64,000 bases of DNA from positions 1 through 64,000 of IMG/VR virus record IMGVR_UViG_3300045988_066445, one strand, 5' to 3'. This DNA is from a virus. The first letter of the stretch is position 1. Every line of letters starts with the position of its first letter. The position numbers and the translations under genes are program-made. Of the stretch, positions 34,885 through 44,802 are shown one piece after another. The notes beneath the pieces were generated by a model. The model had not been told where the DNA came from. It searched no databases and saw nothing but the letters and a program-made list of their open reading frames with translations.

Positions 34885-35580
34885 ATGGCATTTAATTTTG
34901 GTATATCAGCAGACTCAGCAGTAAGAAACACACGTCGTCCTTTAACTCCTTGGAACATCCATGATGTAAAATTCATGGGATGTGAAATTAAGGAATTTGA
35001 CGGAAAGAAAGATCCAACAGCTCATTATAAAGTTCTTTCAATCAACTTCGAAAATGAAGATGGTTACTTCTCAGTAACTCAATTCTTCCCGAAAGCTGGT
35101 GATGATGAGAGACGAGAATTTGATAGTAAGAATGGTGGAAAGGTAGTGATGCCCTCCAACTTCGAAACTTTGATGGCTGTAGTTAAACAGACTGCGCAGG
35201 TTCTTAACCCTGCAGGATTCGAAAAGATGCAAGCAGCTAGCTCTAAGTTTAAGAGCTTCGACGATGTAGCTAAGGCTTTGATTACAATCACTGAGAAGGT
35301 GAAGGGAACAGAGACTAAGTTGAAGTTGATTGGTAGAAACCGTGACGGTAAGGTAGTTGCTGATATACCGCGTATTGTTGGTATTAACAAACAGGGTGAG
35401 TCGTTCATTTCTGATAACTATATTGGCGATAAGCTGTTCTTCTCTGACTATGAGGAAGGAGAACGTCAGAAATATCTGAAGGCTAAGCCTACTGAAATGA
35501 AGTCAGAAGATCCAATTGCAGATGTAGCAGGAGTAGACCAAGCTCCAGCAGATGATTTGGACATCACTGACTTACTCTAA
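34885..35580 (+). CDS. putative single-stranded DNA-binding protein (acidic C-terminal tail DDLDITDLL)
   Basis: Acidic amphipathic C-terminal tail typical of SSBs. Position within the replication module. Confidence 0.4.
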   Translation: MAFNFGISADSAVRNTRRPLTPWNIHDVKFMGCEIKEFDGKKDPTAHYKVLSINFENEDGYFSVTQFFPKAGDDERREFDSKNGGKVVMPSNFETLMAVVKQTAQVLNPAGFEKMQAASSKFKSFDDVAKALITITEKVKGTETKLKLIGRNRDGKVVADIPRIVGINKQGESFISDNYIGDKLFFSDYEEGERQKYLKAKPTEMKSEDPIADVAGVDQAPADDLDITDLL

Positions 35581-35614
35581 TGATTTGTTAGTAGAGTAAT
35601 TCATAAATTCCTTA

Positions 35615-36628
35615 GTGACCATGTTTGATTATACTTTTGAACCAAAAATTACTAAGGAATTTCTTCTATCTAAAAACAATGAGGAGACTTACATGACTTA
35701 TTATCTGGGTATTCCAGTTAAGAAAGGATTGTTTAAGTCTCCTTTGCGTAGTGACAGTCATGTCACCTGCAGTTTCTTTAGGGGAAAATCTGGAAACTTG
35801 TATTTTAAGGACTTTGCTTCTGGAAAATGTTTGACATTTGAAGGAGTAGTTATGGAAAAGTATAATTGTAACTACCACACTGCTTTAAAGATTATAGCTA
35901 AGGACTTTGGATATACTAAGAATTCTTCTGTAAAGAAAGTTGCAGTAAAAATCCAGCCTAGATTTGAAGAGGAGAAGCAAACTTTTATTCAAATAGAGGC
36001 TAAGGAGTTTTCAGAGCCTGAGTTAAAGTGGTGGGGAAGCTTTGGTATCACTAAAGACATTCTACATAAGTTTAAAGTGTACAGTTGTAGTACTGTATTT
36101 CTGAACGGTAATATATATGCACAATCTGCCCAACATAGTCCTATTTATGGATACTATTTTGGAAAGAAGGAAAACATCGAGCAATGGCGTATTTATATGC
36201 CAAAACGAAAGGAGTTTAGATTCATAGGTAACGTTCCTACTAAGACTATTCAAGGCTATAAACAATTAGCTAAGACTGGTAAACTGGTAGTAATAACTAA
36301 GTCTATGAAAGATGTAATGTGTTTATATTCTTTAGGAATACCAGCTATAGCTCCCAACTCTGAAACTCAGTTTGTTTCTGATAAAGTTTTAGAAGAATTA
36401 AAGCAGAGATTCAAATACATTGTGTTGCTATACGATAATGACCTTACTGGAGTTCGTTTTACTAATAAGATTAGAAAGCAACATCCAGAACTGATTGTAT
36501 CAATGATTCCAAGGAGTACAGGAGCTAAGGATATAAGTGATTACTATCATATGTATGGAAGAAAAGGTACACAAGAATTTATTACTAACTACATAAAGAA
36601 ATTTAAAAAGAATGAAAAAGTAGACTAA
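35615..36628 (+). CDS. DNA primase (Toprim domain, DnaG-like)
   Basis: Toprim motifs VVITKSMKDVMCLYSLGIPAIAPNSE and VLLYDNDLTG. Confidence 0.6.
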   Translation: MTMFDYTFEPKITKEFLLSKNNEETYMTYYLGIPVKKGLFKSPLRSDSHVTCSFFRGKSGNLYFKDFASGKCLTFEGVVMEKYNCNYHTALKIIAKDFGYTKNSSVKKVAVKIQPRFEEEKQTFIQIEAKEFSEPELKWWGSFGITKDILHKFKVYSCSTVFLNGNIYAQSAQHSPIYGYYFGKKENIEQWRIYMPKRKEFRFIGNVPTKTIQGYKQLAKTGKLVVITKSMKDVMCLYSLGIPAIAPNSETQFVSDKVLEELKQRFKYIVLLYDNDLTGVRFTNKIRKQHPELIVSMIPRSTGAKDISDYYHMYGRKGTQEFITNYIKKFKKNEKVD

Positions 36629-36917
36629 TACAAGTGTTACAGCCACATTTAAAAATGGAGAAAAGAAAACCTTCGAAACTATAGAGGAAGCCTCAGAAGT
36701 AACTGGTTTAGAGATAAACTCAATTAAAGCTAGGGCTAACAAACCTGGTTCTGGAGCTAAATCAAAAGACGGAATTACCTTTGAATGGGCAGACCCCGCG
36801 GTTAGAAGAAGTAAACAAGCAAAGAAGAGTAAACAAAAAGGTTCTCAATATGAGTTAGAAATAATTCACAAATTGAGAGATATTGGATATGAAGGATGCG
36901 TATCTAGCAGAAGTTAG
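36624..36917 (+). pseudogene. remnant of a homing-endonuclease DNA-binding domain (NUMOD-like), no start codon
   Basis: 97-codon open frame with no ATG. TFETIEEASEVTGLEINSIKARANKPGSGAKSKDGITFEW resembles the C-terminal DNA-binding repeats of GIY-YIG/HNH homing endonucleases. Confidence 0.4.
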
Positions 36918-36956
36918 AATAAACTAGCGGATGCCGACAAGATAGATATTGTTGAT

Positions 36957-37157
36957 ATGAACAATGAGCTTCCAGTTAATATTCAAGCTAAGTTCACCCA
37001 GAATATGCCAAATTATTTTGACATTAGAGATGCTTGTAGCGACAAATCCAAACCCTTCTGCATTTGTTGGAAGAAAGCAGGAAAGAATGGCGAATCAGCC
37101 AGAGGGCAAGTTGCTGTGATACCGATAGAATATTTTTATGAATTGCTTAAGAAATGA
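36957..37157 (+). CDS. hypothetical protein
   Basis: 66-aa ORF. Confidence 0.3.
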   Translation: MNNELPVNIQAKFTQNMPNYFDIRDACSDKSKPFCICWKKAGKNGESARGQVAVIPIEYFYELLKK

Positions 37158-37405
37158 AAAAGTTAATAGTTAAGGGTCCAGTACCTAAATCGATTCCGAA
37201 TTGCATAATTAATGACTTCGATGAAGAATATGCGCTTTATTTAAGGAAAGCTAAAAAGAATTGGAGAACTAAAGAAGCATTCTCCTTAGAGTTTAATTCT
37301 ACTCTCTCTGATTTACTTAAGAGTCACTTTATTTATGTAGATAGGGAAGACCTTGAGCTATTAATAATGAAGCGATTGAACGTTATTGAAGTAATTGAGT
37401 TATGA
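37154..37405 (+). CDS. hypothetical protein
   Basis: 83-aa ORF. Confidence 0.35.
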   Translation: MKKLIVKGPVPKSIPNCIINDFDEEYALYLRKAKKNWRTKEAFSLEFNSTLSDLLKSHFIYVDREDLELLIMKRLNVIEVIEL

Positions 37406-37623
37406 ACACATATTTATTTCCGTGGCATACAGATGAAGTCTGTAGCATTGGCAAGATAGTAGCTAGAAGCTACGAGGATTGTGAAGAAAAGATAAAGAGT
37501 ATGTATATAAATAAGTACGACGATTTAGATGATCTTCTAGATTATGATGATTTCTGTGAGGAACTTGCCGACAAACATGGGATATATTTAGGAGAAGTAT
37601 CTGAGATAAATGAATTTATGTAA
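37402..37623 (+). CDS. hypothetical acidic protein
   Basis: 73-aa ORF. Confidence 0.35.
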   Translation: MNTYLFPWHTDEVCSIGKIVARSYEDCEEKIKSMYINKYDDLDDLLDYDDFCEELADKHGIYLGEVSEINEFM

Positions 37624-38128
37624 TCCATTACGAATAGCTTTAGACTTGGATGATACTATTTTTGACTTTTGGGGAGCGTACAAAGCTCTATTCCCAAGAA
37701 AGTCCGATTTAGTGGAACACGTAATTACACGAAACGTAGTAAGTCTTCGCTGCAACAAGGAGTTTTGGGAAAATTTACCCTTGCTAGAAAGGCCAAATTT
37801 TGAGCCGTATATTTATGCGACTAAAAGAATTAATAGCAAAACCTATACTAGGAATTGCCTAGCTAAATACAATTTACCCATAAGACCTATTTATCAAATG
37901 TATTATCAGCACGGAAACAAAGCTGATTTGATAAAAGGCAAATGCGACGTATTAATTGACGACAGTATCAGTAATGTGAGAATGGCTATTGACTCTGGAC
38001 TTCCAGCTCTGTTAATTGACAGACCTCATAATCAGAATGGAGACCCATTATTTCGCATTTATAGTTTAGATATTGATGAAATTAGATTTGCATATGAATT
38101 AGAATTAGAGACTTTGGGATGGAATTAA
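37610..38128 (+). CDS. 5'(3')-deoxyribonucleotidase (HAD superfamily, NT5C-like)
   Basis: N-terminal ALDLDDTIFDFWG matches the HAD motif I DxDxT of NT5C-type nucleotidases. Confidence 0.6.
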   Translation: MNLCNPLRIALDLDDTIFDFWGAYKALFPRKSDLVEHVITRNVVSLRCNKEFWENLPLLERPNFEPYIYATKRINSKTYTRNCLAKYNLPIRPIYQMYYQHGNKADLIKGKCDVLIDDSISNVRMAIDSGLPALLIDRPHNQNGDPLFRIYSLDIDEIRFAYELELETLGWN

Positions 38129-39168
38129 AAGACATCAAGCTTAGACCTCTGCTAGACACGCTAAGGTTGGAGAAGATAAGTGATAAGGTGTATTTTTCCG
38201 AGCAATATAGTGGATATGTAAGTAATTCTCGTTTGGGGTTAATTAATCCTAGGCAAGATGGAAATCCAGATAAATTTTTCACTGGATTTAAAAATACCTT
38301 CTCTCCTGCACTTGAGCTTGGTAGTGCTGTACATGAACTCGTATTGCAGCCAGATAGTTTTGAGCTTTCAGAAGACATTGGTAAACCGACTGCTAAGTTG
38401 GGAGCAATGGCTAATGAGCTTTATCCAGTTTTTCTTAAAGGAGATGTAAAATTTGATGATGTGAAGGCTGCTTCAGATAAAGTTGAATATTACAAAGGAA
38501 AACTTACCAAAGACCTAGCTAAGTCTGTTATTGAAGCGTCTACCAATTATTGGAAGAATAGACAGCTTAAAGAATTTGATTTGGCTCAGGATAAGGAAAT
38601 TATATACCTTGATAATAAGTCACTAGAAATCGTAAAATCTTGTGTGGCTGCATTAAATAGCAATAAGCAAGTACAGAAACTTTTACATCCTGAAGGGATA
38701 ACTAAAACACCTATTTCTGAAAATGAGCAAGCTATTTTATTGGACGTGGAAGCTACTTGTCCCAACGGCAAGAAGTTCATTTTGCACTTAAAGTCCAAAT
38801 TAGATAATTATACCATAGATATGGAGACTAACACTATTGTAGTGAATGATATAAAAACTATTGGTAAGATTGTCAGTGAAATCGACAATAATATCAAGAA
38901 GTTTCATTACAGTAGAGAGTTTGCAATGTATTTATATCTTCTGAAGCTATGTGCTGAGAAGTTCTATCACCTAAAGAATCCTAAAATCCAAGCTAATTAC
39001 TTGATAGTTTCTACTATTCCAAACTTTTATAGTAAGGTTAGACCAGTTACTTATGGAGAATTACGTGAGGGATTTCATGAGTTTAAAACTCTATTGAAGT
39101 ATGTAGCATATCAGATAGGTTATAGAGACTATTCTCTGGATGAACGACCTTCAAAATATCAGCTTTGA
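38119..39168 (+). CDS. hypothetical protein (possible PD-(D/E)XK-type nuclease)
   Basis: 349-aa ORF. A D...E-x-K-like arrangement around LLDVEATC...LKSK is weak. Confidence 0.3.
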   Translation: MELKDIKLRPLLDTLRLEKISDKVYFSEQYSGYVSNSRLGLINPRQDGNPDKFFTGFKNTFSPALELGSAVHELVLQPDSFELSEDIGKPTAKLGAMANELYPVFLKGDVKFDDVKAASDKVEYYKGKLTKDLAKSVIEASTNYWKNRQLKEFDLAQDKEIIYLDNKSLEIVKSCVAALNSNKQVQKLLHPEGITKTPISENEQAILLDVEATCPNGKKFILHLKSKLDNYTIDMETNTIVVNDIKTIGKIVSEIDNNIKKFHYSREFAMYLYLLKLCAEKFYHLKNPKIQANYLIVSTIPNFYSKVRPVTYGELREGFHEFKTLLKYVAYQIGYRDYSLDERPSKYQL

Positions 39169-39490
39169 GAAATTGTCAGCAATTTATAACAAATACTTTA
39201 CCTTAAATTACCTAAATAGCAATATTGGAGATAAACTAGCTTGTATTGCTCTCACTTGTTATATAACTAATGAGTTAAGGAAAAAAGGTCAAAAAGTAAC
39301 TTGTTATGATGTTCTCCTAAAAATAGGTAATGACTTTGGGGAGGTGGAAAAAAATACCTTCCTGAAGTCCCTAGGAGCCATTTGCGAGGATTTAATGTAT
39401 GGGTGTAATACTTTCCTTGACTTCGGGATAAAGCCCAAGGATATGCCCAGACAACTCAAAATTTTGCTAGACAATTATGTACCATTTTAA
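39140..39490 (+). CDS. hypothetical protein
   Basis: 116-aa ORF. Confidence 0.35.
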   Translation: MNDLQNISFEKLSAIYNKYFTLNYLNSNIGDKLACIALTCYITNELRKKGQKVTCYDVLLKIGNDFGEVEKNTFLKSLGAICEDLMYGCNTFLDFGIKPKDMPRQLKILLDNYVPF

Positions 39491-39659
39491 TGTTAAATTT
39501 TTAACATCCTTTAAGATTAAATTAACATTTAAAGATTAGGGTTTCCCTAAATTACGAAGTATAATTGATTACATCAGTAAGGGAAACGATACTGATTAGA
39601 TACAGAAAAATAGTTCTAGATTATATGTTAATGATTTATGTTTAAAATTTTTATTTATT
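39491..39659 (+). promoter_or_regulatory. AT-rich intergenic control region upstream of a strongly terminated gene
   Basis: 170-bp non-coding region with inverted repeats ATGTTAAA/TTTAACAT and GTTTCCC-N35-GGGAAAC, followed by a gene that ends in a strong terminator. Confidence 0.4.
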
Positions 39660-40217
39660 ATGAGTACAACGATTTTGAATTTTAAGAAAGTAGAAGTAGT
39701 AGCAGAAAGCAAAGAAGCAGCAATCGCACAAGTAGAAAGTACATTGTTCCATGTAAATGGTGACGCAACTCAGGCTTACAAAAATTGGAAAGCCAAACAA
39801 ACCAAGGGTATCACAGAACGTGATGTAAAAGAATTTATGCTTGAATATCTTGCAAAGAAAGGTAAGAATTGCCCTGGTGCTGGTTATTTGATTACTGTTG
39901 AATCATCTGTTGCGGATACACGTGAACGTCCGTATAAGATTGACGACGTTAAGGGTGACGGAAAACGTAAGTTTAAAACATTCTACAAGTGGATTGACAA
40001 AGAAACTCAGACAGTAGTTTGCCAAGTTGATACAAACAAGGCTGACGCTAAAAATGCAATCAAAGAATTGTATAAGAGTGGTAAGTACAAAGGAAACGCT
40101 GAATTGGTGAAAACCAAAGATGTTGTTGAAGGACAAGCTGTAGTAGCTACTGCACAATATACTCCTTCTAAGAACACTAAGAATGGTACTTGGTTAGCTT
40201 TCGGTATCGAAGCCTAA
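39660..40217 (+). CDS. hypothetical Lys-rich protein, probably highly expressed (own promoter region plus strong terminator)
   Basis: 185-aa ORF bracketed by a long upstream non-coding region and a downstream GC hairpin plus T-run. Confidence 0.5.
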   Translation: MSTTILNFKKVEVVAESKEAAIAQVESTLFHVNGDATQAYKNWKAKQTKGITERDVKEFMLEYLAKKGKNCPGAGYLITVESSVADTRERPYKIDDVKGDGKRKFKTFYKWIDKETQTVVCQVDTNKADAKNAIKELYKSGKYKGNAELVKTKDVVEGQAVVATAQYTPSKNTKNGTWLAFGIEA

Positions 40218-40241
40218 TTTCTTAAAAGAAACATATTTAAA

Positions 40242-40279
40242 GGGAAGATTACCTTAGGGTGGTCTTCCCTTTTTATTTT
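40242..40279 (+). terminator. strong rho-independent terminator
   Basis: GGGAAGATTACC-TTAG-GGTGGTCTTCCC followed by TTTTTATTTT. Confidence 0.75.
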
Positions 40280-40353
40280 GAGATAACAACTAATTTTTAA
40301 TAGATATTAAACGTAATTTAATTATGGAAATCTAACGATTAATTAACAATTAA

Positions 40354-41022
40354 ATGGAGAAATGGAAACGGTATACGGGTGAAGAAATCCTGTATAATGC
40401 TTTGGATGAGAATGGAGTAGTTAGTAATGAACCTATGCTAGAAGATGCAGTAAAGTTAGGTATAAGCACATCATCTAATGGGGAGTGTATATTACTAAAA
40501 TTTTATTGGACAGATGGATTTGGATGGTACTTTAAAGACGGGAAAATAACCTTTATATTACATGAGTGTAAAGTGGGAGATTCTGTTGTAGGTAAGACTA
40601 TGAGAGGATATAAGACTTGCTTAAAGAAAGCATTACTTCAAAATATAGGTTACTACTTTAAAATAAAGAACTATCAATATACTAAGTTTAGTAAAAAATT
40701 AAAAGATTTGGCAGAGGAGTTTGGCTATACAGATATTAATAAATTCATTATTGACCACTTTGGGATGTTTTTGATAACAACTCCGAAGTTTGTATGTCAT
40801 GCAACCATGACTGAAGATATTAAAAGATTAGTTAATACCTTAGAAGATCCAATATCTAAAGCTACAAGTTCCCCAAGCGAATATTGGGGAGATAAGACAT
40901 CTAATATGAAGCAAATTATGCTGGATTTTGATGCAGATGACCTACCGTTCGAGATGATGCCAGACAGAGTAGATTTGGCAGATACTGGAGAGATACTTAA
41001 TAGTATATTAAAAGAGGAATAA
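40354..41022 (+). CDS. hypothetical protein
   Basis: 222-aa ORF. Confidence 0.45.
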   Translation: MEKWKRYTGEEILYNALDENGVVSNEPMLEDAVKLGISTSSNGECILLKFYWTDGFGWYFKDGKITFILHECKVGDSVVGKTMRGYKTCLKKALLQNIGYYFKIKNYQYTKFSKKLKDLAEEFGYTDINKFIIDHFGMFLITTPKFVCHATMTEDIKRLVNTLEDPISKATSSPSEYWGDKTSNMKQIMLDFDADDLPFEMMPDRVDLADTGEILNSILKEE

Positions 41023-41790
41023 ATGGAATTGACGATTGAACAATTAATGCAAGGAAAGGCAACTAGAATTAAAGATAAAGAATATTTTACTACAGAAGCT
41101 TATGTAACTCCATTTATGGACAGAGTTTCTAAAATGACTGATAACTTTATAATTAATGCTAAACCTGCCGATCAAATATCACTTACTAAAGACGGGGAGA
41201 TTAATTTTGATGATGTAATATATAATAGAGTTTGGATTCAGGGCGTTCTTCCAGACGAATATGCTTGGGATAATCATAAGAGAGTAATTAGTATGATTTA
41301 TGCTCTTGATACTCGTAAACCATTAGTTAAGTTCTATGTGGGAGCTTTAAATATGGCTTGTCTAAACTTGTGTGTATTTAATCCAGAAATGTTGAATGTT
41401 TCTGAGTTAGAGCCGGAATCTGCTATTAACTATAGCTTCTTAAGAAATGCTATGTCAATGACAGATGAAACTAACGTAACTCTAAAGAGACTTTCAGAGA
41501 TGGAATATAAGAAAGATGATATATATGCTGACTTGGGTCACTGGGTTGACAACTGCATTAATTCTAAAATCAATATGGGATTTGGTTCTGTGAAGCTAGC
41601 TGAATCTGCGCCAATTGATGTGTATAAAGATTTGTTTTACGATGAGAAATCCAAATATTATACAACAGACAATGTTGTAGACGGATTTACCGTATATAAC
41701 GCATTTACCGATTTGATTACCCAAGACAAAAGAGACTTGGTTAATAAATTTGAAAAGACATTGTTAATTAAAGACGTAATGGGTATCTAA
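41023..41790 (+). CDS. hypothetical protein
   Basis: 255-aa ORF directly after the upstream stop. Confidence 0.45.
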   Translation: MELTIEQLMQGKATRIKDKEYFTTEAYVTPFMDRVSKMTDNFIINAKPADQISLTKDGEINFDDVIYNRVWIQGVLPDEYAWDNHKRVISMIYALDTRKPLVKFYVGALNMACLNLCVFNPEMLNVSELEPESAINYSFLRNAMSMTDETNVTLKRLSEMEYKKDDIYADLGHWVDNCINSKINMGFGSVKLAESAPIDVYKDLFYDEKSKYYTTDNVVDGFTVYNAFTDLITQDKRDLVNKFEKTLLIKDVMGI

Positions 41791-41791
41791 T

Positions 41792-43960
41792 ATGCAGGTA
41801 GTAAAGAGAGACGGAAGTTTACAGGAATTTGATAGTAATAAAATAGTAGAAGCAATATCTAAGGCATTTAATGCTTGTTGCCCAGAGGAAAATAAGGAAG
41901 TTATCACCTCCATGGTAACTGATATGCATCTGTGGGATGGAATTACTATCGAAGAAATTCAAGATGTTGTAATTGAGACTTTGAGGGACTATGGTTATGA
42001 TGATGTAGCCTCAGCCTATTCTCAATACAGAAGTGAGCAGTCCAGACTTAGAGAAATCATAGCTAAGATTAGTTATCAAGACAATTACATCAATAGCTCT
42101 GAAAATGCAGCTACTTCATCTGAAACAGATGGAAATGCTAATGTTGTCTCTAAGAATGTTGCTACACTGGAAAGTGAGGATAGAAAGCGCGAGAACAGAG
42201 AAATACAACGTTATCGTATGAAGAAGAAATTAAAACTTCTTTATCCGGAATTATCTTCTCAATATGCTAGAGACTTAGATAGTCATATTATCTATACTCA
42301 TGATGAAGCTTCCACCTCAGTACTTAAACAGTATTGTATGGCAGTTTCATTATATCCCTTAATGCTTGAAGGAGTGGGTAATATTGACGGAGTTACTCCT
42401 GGTCCTCCTAATGATTTGCAGTCATTTAGTGGACAGGTGACTAATCTGATATTTCTATTATCTTCTCAATGTAAAGGAGCAGTAGCCGTTGGAAGTTATT
42501 TTATTGCACTTAACTATTACATTATAGCGGAATATGGAGAAAAATGGTATGAAAAGCTGGATTGCATTTGCACTTCTGAACATTCCCTGATTAAGAGAAC
42601 TATTGAGGATTCTATACTCAAAGCTTTCAAGCAGTTCGTCTGGGGAATTAATCAGCCAGCAGGGAATAGAAGTTATCAATCACCGTTCACTAATGTTTCA
42701 TACTATGATAGAACCTATTTCGAGTCTTTATTTGGAGAGTTTTATTATCCAGATGGAACCAAACCAGAATGGTCTGCGATTGATACATTGCAAAGACTGT
42801 TTATGTCCTGGTTCAATAAGCTACGTTTGAAGCAAGTATTAACATTCCCAGTTGAAACCTTTGCTATGGTACATGATGGCAAAGATATTATAGATAAGGA
42901 ATATAAGGATTTATGTGCTGAAATGTATGCACAAGGTCATAGTTTCTTTACCTATATCTCTGATAGTGCAGATAGTCTAGCTTCGTGTTGCAGACTCCGT
43001 AATGAGTTGGCAGAGAATACGTTTAGTCCTACTTCTGGTATGACTGGAGTTAAAACTGGTTCTTGTAATGTAATTACCCTAAATATTAACAGAATTGTTC
43101 AGGATTGTATAAGAGAAAACTGTACAAATCCGGAAGATATTATCCAAATATATTCTGAGTTTAAAGAATCCATTCATAATGGGATAAGGGAAAGTCTAAT
43201 TAATATATTGGAAAGGGTATATAAGTATCATATTACTTATAAAACTATGCTCTACGAATGGGAAGAGAAGAAAATGTTTGCTTCTTCTAATGGTGGATAT
43301 ATAAATATCAAAGACTTGTATAGCACTATTGGTCTAAATGGTTTGAATGAAGCCGCTGAGTTCTTAGGACTAAAAGTATCTAATAATCCAGAGTACTTTA
43401 AGTTCTTGCAGCTAATCCTTGGAACTATCAAAGAGCAGAATAAACTTCATTCCATTCATGATAAGAAAAGACCTTTCTTATTCAATTCTGAGGTTGTTCC
43501 AGCAGAAGGTCTTGGAGGTAAGAATTATAAATGGGATAAAGCTGATGGATATTGGATTCCAGAAGATAGAAACCTATATAATAGTTATTTCTATAATGCC
43601 CATGATGATACTTCTGTACTTGATAAATTTATTCTCCATGGAAGGCAAACCTATCAATATACTGATGGAGGTAGTGCAGCTCATATAAATCTAGAAGAAC
43701 ATCTGTCTAAGAAGCAGTATCTTCATCTGATTGATTTTGCTATTGAGCAGGGAACTAATTACTTTACTTTTAATATTCCAAATAGTAAGTGTGAGGATTG
43801 TGGGCATATTGTAAAAGCTCCTATTAAGGCGTGTCCCAAGTGTGGGAGTGAGCATATTACCCAATATACAAGAATTATTGGCTATCTAAGACCTATTACT
43901 GCATTTGGCAAGGATAGGAAAATAGAAGCTGAAAAGAGAACTTATTCAAAAAATGTATAA
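41792..43960 (+). CDS. nrdD: anaerobic ribonucleoside-triphosphate reductase (class III, NrdD) with N-terminal ATP-cone
   Basis: ATP-cone MQVVKRDGSLQEFDSNKIVEAI. C-terminal Zn ribbon CEDCGH...CPKCGS and glycyl-radical motif TRIIGYLRP. Confidence 0.85.
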   Translation: MQVVKRDGSLQEFDSNKIVEAISKAFNACCPEENKEVITSMVTDMHLWDGITIEEIQDVVIETLRDYGYDDVASAYSQYRSEQSRLREIIAKISYQDNYINSSENAATSSETDGNANVVSKNVATLESEDRKRENREIQRYRMKKKLKLLYPELSSQYARDLDSHIIYTHDEASTSVLKQYCMAVSLYPLMLEGVGNIDGVTPGPPNDLQSFSGQVTNLIFLLSSQCKGAVAVGSYFIALNYYIIAEYGEKWYEKLDCICTSEHSLIKRTIEDSILKAFKQFVWGINQPAGNRSYQSPFTNVSYYDRTYFESLFGEFYYPDGTKPEWSAIDTLQRLFMSWFNKLRLKQVLTFPVETFAMVHDGKDIIDKEYKDLCAEMYAQGHSFFTYISDSADSLASCCRLRNELAENTFSPTSGMTGVKTGSCNVITLNINRIVQDCIRENCTNPEDIIQIYSEFKESIHNGIRESLINILERVYKYHITYKTMLYEWEEKKMFASSNGGYINIKDLYSTIGLNGLNEAAEFLGLKVSNNPEYFKFLQLILGTIKEQNKLHSIHDKKRPFLFNSEVVPAEGLGGKNYKWDKADGYWIPEDRNLYNSYFYNAHDDTSVLDKFILHGRQTYQYTDGGSAAHINLEEHLSKKQYLHLIDFAIEQGTNYFTFNIPNSKCEDCGHIVKAPIKACPKCGSEHITQYTRIIGYLRPITAFGKDRKIEAEKRTYSKNV

Positions 43961-44135
43961 AATAGAAGAACTTATTACTGGAAACTTACACGAATTAGAG
44001 AATTTCCTTAATAATAAAGAAAAGGAAAACTATAGTGTAGTGAATATAATCATAAGTAAGACAAATAAAATGGTAACTCCTGGAGTTTCCATAGATATTC
44101 CAAAGTACATAATCATATTTAAATATCATGAGTAA
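43953..44135 (+). CDS. hypothetical small protein
   Basis: 60-aa ORF between nrdD and the phosphatase. Confidence 0.3.
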   Translation: MYKIEELITGNLHELENFLNNKEKENYSVVNIIISKTNKMVTPGVSIDIPKYIIIFKYHE

Positions 44136-44802
44136 AATACTTATAGTCCCAGACGTTCATGGGAGAAAATTTTGGAGAAAAGCACCAGAAACAATAAATA
44201 GTGTGGATAAGGTAGTCTTCCTAGGAGACTACCTAGATCCCTATCCTTGGGAAGGTATATCCAGACGAGATGCTATTAGCGAGTTTAAGGACATTATCGA
44301 ATTCAAGAGAAGCAATCCAGACAAGGTTATTTTATTATTAGGTAATCATGACTGTGCTTATTGTTTTGATTTTGGTAGTGCTTCTAGGTATGATTATGAG
44401 AATGAGTTTGAGATTAAATCTCTATTCAAGGAAAATATGGATATTTTTAGACTCTATTACAAGGAGGATAGGTATCTATTTTCTCATGCTGGGATTACTA
44501 ACGACTGGCTAAAAACTTACTTACCAGAGTATGATGCTGAAAGGTTTACTACCCTAACAACTAAAGAGTTGATTCCCTTCTTGTGGAAGGTTTCCTTTCA
44601 CAGGGGCGGTTACGATAATACTGGAAGTATTGTATGGAGTGATGTCAGGGAGGGAGATAGAGAATCAACATTCTATCAAATCTTCGGACACACTCAACTG
44701 GAAAAAGATCCTATTATTGATAATACTTATGCTTGCTTAGATGTAAGAAAGTGTTTTCTTTTAGATACAGAGGAAGGAACAATATTAGGAGACCATGATT
44801 AA
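44128..44802 (+). CDS. calcineurin-like metallophosphoesterase
   Basis: Motifs PDVHG, GDYLDP, GNHD, and GHT near the C-terminus. Confidence 0.6.
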   Translation: MSKILIVPDVHGRKFWRKAPETINSVDKVVFLGDYLDPYPWEGISRRDAISEFKDIIEFKRSNPDKVILLLGNHDCAYCFDFGSASRYDYENEFEIKSLFKENMDIFRLYYKEDRYLFSHAGITNDWLKTYLPEYDAERFTTLTTKELIPFLWKVSFHRGGYDNTGSIVWSDVREGDRESTFYQIFGHTQLEKDPIIDNTYACLDVRKCFLLDTEEGTILGDHD

